From Cyanidioschyzon merolae (Eukaryota): DNA of 64,000 nucleotides. The notes below the pieces were generated by a model. It saw only the letters and a list, made by a program, of their open reading frames with translations, was not told the DNA's origin and did no database searches. The position numbers and the translations under genes were made by a program. The DNA lies in assembly GCA_000091205.1 (NCBI GenBank), contig AP006485.2. One strand, given 5' to 3'. Below are positions 55,700 to 64,000 of the stretch, in pieces (within the stretch, counting starts at the first letter, position 1; every line of letters starts with the position of its first letter).

Positions 55700-55913
55700 A
55701 TCCAGTACGAGAGTCTGGCACTTTTAAGTGCATTCCCAATCCACGCAGGCGTCGGAATTCGCTCTTCCCCAGGAGGATCGTCACCCCGATTGATGTAGTG
55801 TCCCGTGAGGCAGTTTCCTTACGGCCGCGTTCTCGCTTAACGTGGTTCGCAACGAACGTTGATTCTGCAACACTGAGTCTATTATGATTGCACTGACTTA
55901 GAAAATCTCTAGT

Positions 55914-57149
55914 ATGCAAAGAGCGGCACAGATCCGATCATTGCTTAAGCGAGAGCAACTTACCAACGCAGGAGTTAGTTGCCCTGCCCGTGGCCTGGCA
56001 GAGTGTCTGCTTGGGAGAAACTCAAGCAGTTTTTCCCGGCAAACTGCCGTTATTGTCGGAGCATCTATGCGTTCGTTTTCTACAGAAGATGGCTTTTGTC
56101 GGGACGGGCAGCTCTCCCTGAACAACATTAGAGACCTGCCAGGCGCTCGAAAGCCGAAGAAACGTGTCGGTCGTGGTCGAGGCTCTGACTCCGGAAAGAC
56201 CTGTGGCCGGGGGCACAAGGGGCAGCATGCACGTTCTGGATCTTCTCTTCCCAGCAGGTTCTTTGAAGGCGGTCAGACGCCGCTAGTGCGCCGGATACCA
56301 AAGCGTGGCGGGTTTCCGCTAGTTGCACAAAGGGACCCGCTTCCTCTCAACTTAAGCCTCATCCAAAGTCTACTTGATAAGGGTCGCCTCCGCGTGAGCA
56401 AAGACGGTACTATTACCATGAAGTCGCTTTACGATTCGGGTGGAATCCTTCGATGCAGCAGAGCGAGGTTTAAGCTGTTCAACTATGGAGTCAAGCTGCT
56501 AGGTGGCGGTGCTAGGCAGTTCAGTGCACCTCTTCATTTCGAAGTTACGGACGTGAGTTCTTCTGCTCTCAGAAGGATACATGAATGCGGTGGCAGTGTA
56601 ACACTGGTGTACTACAATAGACTTGGACTACGGGCACTACTGAAACCCGAAAAATTTGACCACTGGACTGTCTTCCGCAGCGATTTGACGCATTTTCAAG
56701 GAGCAAACATCGATCCAAACACAAATCAGGCGATTGTTGTCTACGAGTATGACGATGTGCTCGAAAATGATGCATTATGGCCTCGTGGCGAACCGCTGCC
56801 GATTGAAGAGCAGTTCTCGCTTGATTTTGGAGCAACTTCGACCGATGAGAGCAAAACAGACCGGTTCACGCTGCCTTCCGACGAGCGTTTTTTTCGTATT
56901 TTAAGAAAGCTTTTCCATGATGATGAGAAGCTCATGTCGGAATTTCTCGCCAACACGCCGATGGATTTGGGCTCGATTCCATCGCAATCTACCCGACCGG
57001 TCATCGTGAAACGGCGAGTTCGCCTGCTTCCGAATCATGCGCGACCTCCTCCGAGGCTTCTTCTGCGCTATCCAGAATTCGATGCTTATGGCAGATCAGT
57101 GAATTTCTTGAAGCCGCGAGTGCCACTCGAGCATCAGGGAGCTCAATGA
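55914..57149 (+). CDS. organellar ribosomal protein uL15 (L15/MRPL10-type) with long C-terminal extension
   Basis: uL15 signature [34 protein letters not shown]...[21 protein letters not shown] at 55914. Confidence 0.7.
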   Translation: MQRAAQIRSLLKREQLTNAGVSCPARGLAECLLGRNSSSFSRQTAVIVGASMRSFSTEDGFCRDGQLSLNNIRDLPGARKPKKRVGRGRGSDSGKTCGRGHKGQHARSGSSLPSRFFEGGQTPLVRRIPKRGGFPLVAQRDPLPLNLSLIQSLLDKGRLRVSKDGTITMKSLYDSGGILRCSRARFKLFNYGVKLLGGGARQFSAPLHFEVTDVSSSALRRIHECGGSVTLVYYNRLGLRALLKPEKFDHWTVFRSDLTHFQGANIDPNTNQAIVVYEYDDVLENDALWPRGEPLPIEEQFSLDFGATSTDESKTDRFTLPSDERFFRILRKLFHDDEKLMSEFLANTPMDLGSIPSQSTRPVIVKRRVRLLPNHARPPPRLLLRYPEFDAYGRSVNFLKPRVPLEHQGAQ

Positions 57150-58488
57150 AAAGGTATATCTGGTGGAATCAAGCGATACCTTCGCTCGTTATGTTAAAGC
57201 CCAACACAAAATTGACTGGTGCAGTTCTTGCTTGCGCTATTTCATCCAGAATGCGGTTGAAATCCGCAGCTGTGCATCCTTGGCATATCCGAGAGAGCCT
57301 GGCTGGAGACCCGTTTACGGTGCGTGAATTGTGTGGGTCTTATCAGGTGCATCGGTCGGAAGGTTTAGGTTCCCCAAATCAATCTTTCCTTTTTCCAATG
57401 TGAGTCATTGTTGTGTCACATGACTCGATTCTGTATCTTAAACACCTATCCATATTCAACTCTGGGTTGTCATTTCTGGATGCCGACTGATTGCGATAAA
57501 CATCCTCGCCAGGAGAAGGTTCCTGGGTTCCCGTAACAATTCTGTCGTTTGGATTTTCACGTATTCTAAACCGTATATCACTCATGCGAAATCTGGGAAG
57601 ATCGAAACTAAGAGCTCTATGCATTATGAGGCAAAAATTAGGCCATGTTGATCGTCCATAAAGGAAGCCGATGCACTTCTTGTATCATTCGCTGCTTGAA
57701 AATTGGTCGAAGAGTTCAACCTTCATTTTTGAGAGTGCATCATTCAGCGGGCGGTCATTCCGCAGTTTCGTTGCGTCACGGATTCGACGGATCGTTTGCG
57801 ATCCGTCGAATGGTATTCTTAGTGATGGAAACCATGAGCATGCCAGATCGTCTCAACTTGCTGAATGCGGAAGAATCATTTCTCTTTCAGATCAGAGAAC
57901 TTTCGAATTTATTTAACGTCGCCACCTCTAGAATCCCAGAGACTCGTGTGTTCGCGATTGACCTATCTGGCTGCCAGTTTTATTTATTCAGCTCATAAAT
58001 CTATGCAGCTGGCAAATGAGATGCCTTCCAATTGGCGAGATGGTCGCAAGCAATTGAGAATTGCGATGATATCTGTAAGCACTTTTGAGCTCTGTGGGTG
58101 TACGTATGAAATACCTCATTTGACGAGGATAGAGACGCACCACCGCATAACCTTGTGCGCTGTACAAGCCAGCACATTCTGCAGACCGTGATACCATCTG
58201 GCATGCGCTTTCTCATCGGAGTATTTAAGCTTCTGCCTGCAACAAAGTTTCGTTTTTTCTTCTGGGCCGCGTCCGCCAACGAAAGGAGACCACGACGAGA
58301 AATGTTGTCACGTTCGCATAGCGGGGAAGAGATGTTTGAACTCTGCGAAGATGCTTCATCGTGAATGATTTGATAAGTAGGAACTCTCTTAAATATACAC
58401 CTCTCACGGCGAGCGGATTCGACGTCTCTGCCCCAGACACCTGCAGAGCACGCAAGCAGCAGTCGCTGCGAACTGCTCGATCCATCAA

Positions 58489-59450
58489 AGTCAGCACTAA
58501 ATGGAAAAGATCCACGCAGACTGACACCGGCGTACATTCTCGTGTTTGGGTTGCTTCCCAATGAAGTCCAAACCAGCCTTTGAAGTATTTTTCTCTACAT
58601 CCGCTTCCTTCTTGCTCGATCCTGGTACCGACTTTAAATACGCTTGTTTCACATACAACTCCAGTTTTGATGGTAGCAGCCGAAAGATGTTGATGGCAGT
58701 GTTAGGGTCCCTGTTTCGGTGCCTCCGCCTGTAGTCCCAGCATTTGATGCTCATATGGCATTTGCCATCTGCGTTGAGCTCGCCAGTTTTATAATCGCTG
58801 TACATTGCCTCGTTGCGCTCTTCGTGGATGTGAAACTATTCTGCGGTTAGGTGTTCCTATGCGTCCACCACAGCTCGCAATCCGTGGGCGGCCCTGTGGC
58901 GCTTGAATGCTTGCGTCAGCGTATGGTCCACGTCGTTGATGGGTACAGAAGGCTCTCCTCGGTGCCGTCCGCCAATTCCGCGCCCGATACCGTACCCAGC
59001 AATCAGGAGCTTTTTCCGCACGACAACCTCAACGAGTGTTCTGTCCGGCGCACACGCAAGTTTATGGTCTTATTTTTCGTAAGGGCTCTGTGGAAAGCGG
59101 TGTCGTCCTTGATAAAGCGAGTACCGGAAGGAAAATCATCAAATTCGAAGATCAAGTCTGGAAGTTTCGACCCGAGAACGCTCTCTTTATGCAACCTGGC
59201 GACGCATTCTCCTGTGAAAGTGACTGCCACGATGACTGGAGTCCATCTCAAAGACCCTTTTCCAAGCACACGGCAGAGACGAGGGCCCCTTGGGGCATAC
59301 TCCGTGGTGCGTGTCATGCTGCAGGCGAATGCTGTTTCGTCGATGACCGCAAAAGAGTGGCGGGATTTGTCCCTCGAACGGGATCGATTATCAGAAGTGA
59401 CAAGTTCGGTGAACGCTCTGCATGATGTTGTGAGCAAGTCGTCAAAGGAC
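58489..59450 (-). mobile_element. RepD copy 2 (longer): TnpB/Fanzor-like family 2
   Basis: 58489..59087 is near-identical to copy 1, with the same ORF translations at 58497..58805 and 58546..58734. It extends upstream on the minus strand through ORF 59003..59437 (…SFAVIDETAF…), which may cover the RuvC-II region. Confidence 0.45.
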
Positions 59451-60054
59451 TAGGTTGCGTGCTTTTCCTCACCAATCCAACCGCGCGAATTGCTGCACCC
59501 ACGAGATGACCTGGAACAGAGTGATCAACAACTTGAAGAGCGCCTGGTTTGAGCATGCTGCGCATGAGGAAATGAGAAGAGTGGAGAATTATACGTCTGC
59601 ACTGAATAATGAGGTTGCTTATGTTCTTTTACGAACCATTGCTCGAGTGCTCTGCGAATCATCTTGATTGCGGCAAGGTAAAGAATTCCAGCGGCAAATA
59701 GTTGATGGAGCCACTTCGGAAAGACGACAGAGAATTCTAGAGCTACTTATGAATCCGTGCATCCTTATGGCTGCACTTTGAATGTCACGGCTGTACATCT
59801 AACAGAGGTTTGGAAAGATATCGAGAGGAAAAAGCTCCATCTAGTTCAGTGCTCCATGTTGATCTGACATGGGCGTCGTCGTCGAATGAACTCGTATCAC
59901 CGCTGTGCGCGTATCGGGGCCCGTGACTACGCGAGCTCGGGTTCCGCGCCGGCGAAGTTCAGACCGCGAGCTCCGTATTGGTTAATCCATCTTCGAGAGC
60001 CGCGACAAAGAAAGCTTTTCCAGGATAACTTTTGAGGCCGAATCTCGTACAGAA

Positions 60055-60708
60055 ATGTTTGTGACTAGCTTCCAACTGCAACCAAAGGGTAAAGGATCGT
60101 TCCTGGCGCGCTCGGCTGGCTCGCGGAGTAGCCTCTCGCATTGTGGCAACTCGGGAGGCACTGTAGCGAAGCTAGAGAACGCCGCATTGGACAGAAGGCA
60201 GTTGTTACAGGGGCTTTTGGTCGCGGCGGTTGCCGTGTTCGCAGGGAAGGCGCAGCCAGCTCATTCAGGCAGTGAGCCTAAAATGAGTTTCTTCGGAGCG
60301 GACGCGCCATCTAGCCCGTTTAGTTACAACGAGTCGCAGAAGGAGCCTCTTTTCAAGGGAATCACCCCCGAGCTCCTCGAGGAATACCGGCTTGCAATCA
60401 GCGAGGCAAAGAAGCGAATCGAAGACTCGGGTGAAGCGATATCGACGAAATCGTGGGAAGACGTGCGAAGTGCGCTAAGACTTGCGCTTGGAACCTTGCG
60501 GAGCGTCTGCAGCAAAGTAAACGCTTATGCAGCGGCCGAGGCGACGAAGCAGGAGAAGAAGAAGATAGAGAAAGCGTATCGTGACTTCTTGAAAACAATC
60601 GAGGATATGGACTATGCAGCTCGTATGAAAGACCCGGATCGTGCAGAACGGCTTCGTACCGCGAGTATTGCTGCGCTCGATAATTGGATGTCCACTGTTG
60701 GCATCTAA
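60055..60708 (+). CDS. PsbQ-family protein (PSII oxygen-evolving complex extrinsic subunit, PsbQ/PsbQ'-like) with transit peptide + twin-arginine lumenal signal
   Basis: An S/R-rich N-terminus is followed by DRRQLLQGLLVAAVAVFAGKAQPA (an RR-x-LL Tat motif, hydrophobic core, AxA). The mature part fits the PsbQ four-helix pattern (KSWEDVRSALRLALGTLR...YRDFLKTIEDMDYAARMKDPDRAERL). ATG at 60055. Confidence 0.5.
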   Translation: MFVTSFQLQPKGKGSFLARSAGSRSSLSHCGNSGGTVAKLENAALDRRQLLQGLLVAAVAVFAGKAQPAHSGSEPKMSFFGADAPSSPFSYNESQKEPLFKGITPELLEEYRLAISEAKKRIEDSGEAISTKSWEDVRSALRLALGTLRSVCSKVNAYAAAEATKQEKKKIEKAYRDFLKTIEDMDYAARMKDPDRAERLRTASIAALDNWMSTVGI

Positions 60709-61067
60709 TTGTGGAATTATTAGAGGGCTGGCGCTCGTCGCAAGAATTTCACCACATTACTCCAGGTTGCGGCCACCGCTTAATGGGAAGTTTCCACAGG
60801 AGCAAGAGAGTTGATAGGTTTTTTCATTCGCATAAAATGAGAGTCGTGTTAAACATTCAACTCTAATGAACGGATATTCGAATTGTCGGAGATGTAGAAC
60901 GTGTTCGTCGATTTCTGTTTGAGGTAGCTTCGCACTCTGCGTGAACCAAGCTTTCAGGGTAGTTCTCCAGAAACGCAGAGCGCACAAAGCTGGGTAGTAA
61001 ATGTCCCGTCAGCGGGCGAGTTGTGGTTTTATGTTGCTCTCATGAGTATCAAAAACCTGGACCGGTT

Positions 61068-61718
61068 CTGCGATATCTCCTATGCGCTCATAGCGTTAAA
61101 CAAGGCGTTGTGCATTCGAGCGGTGTTAGGTCCCCTGTCAAGGAGCCCTGTGCAGAGTACCGCGGACGCACCACACAAAGGATACTGGCAAGCCGCAGAG
61201 GACGCTACGAGCGGGCAGCGTTTAAGGCGCGAGTCGCCCGCTCACGGACGCTCGAGGCACACTTCCCGAACCGGATACGGCTGCTAGCGAAGTATCGCTC
61301 CGTCGAAGTACTATGTCGTACCGCTGCATGCTCGTTCAGTTTCTCCTTTAGCAGTCTTTGGTGCCTCGGAAATCGGATCGCCTGCCTAGCGTGCCGTTTA
61401 TTGTCTGATCGGGTGGCGGTCGTCGACGACTACGCCCTACTGGAAACTACGGTTGCGGCATCTGTTGTTGTGGTTGTCGACGTAGTCGTCGTCGCTCACG
61501 CTGCTCATTACCGTGGATTACTGCAGTGCACTCTGCTGCATTGCTCTGCAGATCGAGCCGCTGCTGCGCGACGTAGTGCATACCAGGAGGCACGAGGCCG
61601 TCGGCGTGCGCACGAACACGAGGCTGTGCACAGCATAACTGTTTACGTAGGGCGTTGGTGCCAGGAGCGTTGTCTGGTCCAGGTGGTGAGCGGCTGTTCG
61701 CGACACTAGGTCGAACTG
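61068..61718 (+). repeat. RepB copy 2
   Basis: See RepB copy 1. It lies about 160 bp upstream of the NSA2 start, in the same orientation. Confidence 0.85.
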
Positions 61719-61875
61719 GCTTATTCAAGACGGCAGCCTCACTGCCTGATTTGCTGAAGAGTTTCTGGTCGCGTTTCCCACTGGAGCTTTCGCGTGACAA
61801 ATCCAAGTGCGCATCCGCTGGACCTCATAAGAGAGGAGCATCTTACGCTCCGACAGCCTTTAAATACGTTTGAAA

Positions 61876-62670
61876 ATGCCACAGGGAGACTATATAGAAG
61901 AGTTTCGGAGACGTTTTGGTGAGCGGCCCGATCAACGCGAAAAGGAGCGGAAACGCCGCGCCCGGGAACCGCACAAAGTTGCTGTCAGATCTAAGGAGTT
62001 AAGGGGATTGAAGGCAAAGATTTTCCATCGTGAGCGTTTCAAAGAAAAGATACGTCTACGAAAAGAGGAACGGGCCCTCAAACTCAAAGATGCAGTAGCG
62101 AAGAAGAACGACACAGGAGAAGATCGACTCAAGAACGCGATTCCCGCGTACCTGCTCGATCGTGAAGATTCCGTTCGAGCTAAGGCTCTCACGAACACAA
62201 TAAAACAAAAGAGAAAGGAGAAAGGTGGAAAGTGGGATGTACCTCTGCCGAAGGTGCGACCACTTCCAGATGACGAGGTCTTCCGGGTCATAAAGACAGG
62301 AAAAAAGGCAAAGCAGAAGGAATGGAAGCGTATGGTGACCAAAGTGACCTTTGTTGGCGATGGGTTCACGAGACGACCACCGAAATACGAACGTTTCATC
62401 CGACCAATGGCTCTCCGTATGCGCAGGGCCAACGTTACTCATCCCGAACTCAATGTAACTTTTTCTCTAGAGATTCTTGGGGTCAAGAAAAACCCCAGCA
62501 GTCCGCTTTACAGCCAGCTGGGGGTCATTACTCGTGGCACCATTATAGAGGTGAATGTGAGTGAACTAGGACTTGTTACAACTTCTGGGAGAGTTGTTTG
62601 GGGAAAGTATGCCCAGGTGACGAATCAGCCAGAGCTCGATGGAACTATCAACGCGGTAATGCTTGTGTGA
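61876..62670 (+). CDS. NSA2: Ribosome biogenesis protein NSA2 (TINP1)
   Basis: Colinear with NSA2: MPQGDYIEE...RGLKAKIFH...AYLLDRED...[11 protein letters not shown]...[39 protein letters not shown]...[31 protein letters not shown]...[25 protein letters not shown]. The listed start is TTG; the ATG is at 61876. Confidence 0.9.
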   Translation: MPQGDYIEEFRRRFGERPDQREKERKRRAREPHKVAVRSKELRGLKAKIFHRERFKEKIRLRKEERALKLKDAVAKKNDTGEDRLKNAIPAYLLDREDSVRAKALTNTIKQKRKEKGGKWDVPLPKVRPLPDDEVFRVIKTGKKAKQKEWKRMVTKVTFVGDGFTRRPPKYERFIRPMALRMRRANVTHPELNVTFSLEILGVKKNPSSPLYSQLGVITRGTIIEVNVSELGLVTTSGRVVWGKYAQVTNQPELDGTINAVMLV

Positions 62671-64000
62671 CAGAGGACTCGTACACATTCTCATGCGTAT
62701 TCACATCACATTCGGAGGTGAAGCCCGCCCCGTAGTCTTTTCATCAAGTGCTCTCTTGGAACAAAGTTGTTTCAGTAATAATCATAAGAGATTGAAATTT
62801 TGCGGCACTCCACATCATACGGCTCTGGACGAAAGCCGAGTGTTCCGTGCATTTTGTTTGCATAATCGCAGCATTCCGATGAATCTGAAGCGTGTGCCGA
62901 AAGCTCGCAAAAATGGGTCTTACAGTGATATGGGTCACAATTCGCGAATTCATCGCGACCATGGAGCCGGCCATTTCAGTGGGCGCCACGAATGAATACT
63001 TTGCAGCGTTGGACAGAATACGGAAGCAGTCTCGCTTGGACACGATGAAGCCGACCGAAGACCCTCCTGCGGGCGCTAGCAATGATGGCTACATTTTTTG
63101 GGAGGGAATCGACATACATTCTCAGTAACTTTGTAGAATGGAACAAAAACATCGTTCACCAATGGCCCGGAAATCCGTTGCCGTAGTGCGAATAAGCGCC
63201 CTAGCCACGCTGGATTGCTGTACTCCACCATACTAGTGCCTTGTTCTAGGCAAGTATCCGTCTCCTCTTTTTTAGGCACTGTTTTTTTCATCGTGAGTCT
63301 TCAACGTTTCAGAATAATGTCTAAACTGAGTACCAAACGATTCTCTCGATTGTTTGCGCAAAACGAAGCCGCCATATGCTCTGGAACCACGTAACATCTC
63401 TGCATGTTGATCGACGCGTTCCATTCTCGGTACAGCAAGTGCTTTTACGTATTTCTGTTGGTAGAATCTCACCAAAGCATGCTGTTTACCTTAGATTGCC
63501 TCGCCGTCTGAGGTTGGGCGAGATACGAACCACTTTCTTGCACATCCATTTCTGTTTCAAAATATTCTTCTCTGAAAGTTTCAGCGTGTACCCACGCTCG
63601 CGAAGCGTGCTTGTCGTCTTGAAAGTCTTGACGGGAATCGCACAGAATCAATTCCTGCTTGGGCTGTGTGGTCTCATAGAACGAAGTGATGTGCAGGCAC
63701 TGCGCGCTGCAGCAAGTCTAGTGCCATAGCCTACAGTCAATCAACGAGATTGATAAGCTATTTCTTTTCTAACAACTTTGAAGAACTTTTCGATTGCAAG
63801 CATCATGTCGCCGTACAAACGAAACCGTTGGTGACTGCAGCCTGCTCTCGTGTACTCCGCCATAGGATCGTCTGCATAAGCTATTTTCACACGCACGTAC
63901 TCTCTGAATGAAGCGTGCAGCACATCGCAGTCTCCTCGAATCGGAGCATAGAGCGTGCAGATGGGTCCTGAAACCGGAATTCCCCTCGGTGGTACGCTTC

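Noticed and set aside
1-64000. Prokaryotic origin, suggested by the absence of visible introns
   Set aside because: The gene content is eukaryotic (nucleoporin, 26S proteasome ATPase, NSA2, SUMO E1, RPA70, organellar presequences). Strand alternation and 0.2-1.5 kb intergenic spacers fit a compact, intron-poor eukaryote.

Overview
This 64 kb window looks like nuclear DNA from a compact, intron-poor eukaryote, about 52% GC, with roughly 22 apparently single-exon genes on alternating strands. Genes I recognise from the translations are listed below; they match eukaryotic housekeeping and organellar proteins, not a bacterium or a virus:

- proteasome ATPase Rpt6 (PSMC5)
- RPA70
- Hsp78/ClpB
- NSA2
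- SUMO-E1 subunit SAE1/Aos1
- Trm7/FtsJ methyltransferase
- 6-phosphogluconolactonase
- a phosphoglucomutase-family enzyme
- an Oxa1/Alb3-family insertase
- organellar ribosomal protein uL15
- a Nup107/Nup84-like nucleoporin
- a PHD-TFIIS-SPOC protein
- an EME1/MMS4-like ERCC4 protein
- two DUF1771-Smr proteins
- an Mfd (transcription-repair coupling factor) homologue
- a PsbQ-family protein with a twin-arginine (RRxLL) lumenal signal

The PsbQ-family protein, the Mfd homologue and the S/R-rich N-terminal extensions on several enzymes point to a photosynthetic host with a primary-type plastid (an alga). This is inference, not proof.

The accessory content is dominated by eukaryotic TnpB/Fanzor-like elements (IS200/IS605-superfamily RuvC nuclease), all of them decayed. 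There are three roughly 1.1-1.8 kb pseudogenised copies (F1 at 29.4-30.85 kb on the minus strand, F2 at 45.7-47.4 kb on the plus strand, F3 at 50.0-51.5 kb on the minus strand) and a short fragment (F4).

Four nearly identical ~565 bp internally deleted derivatives (RepC) sit in the same orientation at 33.6, 37.0, 40.0 and 43.4 kb, about 3.3 kb apart. Each lies just 5' of a plus-strand host gene. One RepC copy ends in the ATG that the Hsp78 reading frame starts from.

A second, more distant TnpB-like family (RepD) has two copies at 53.9 and 58.5 kb; its C-terminal CxnC...RDPNTAINI signature is intact.

Two further repeat families of unknown nature are present: a 1.2 kb repeat (RepA, two copies) and a 0.65 kb repeat (RepB, two copies). 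Both occupy promoter-proximal positions in the same orientation as the downstream gene.

I did not recognise any rRNA, tRNA or CRISPR array.
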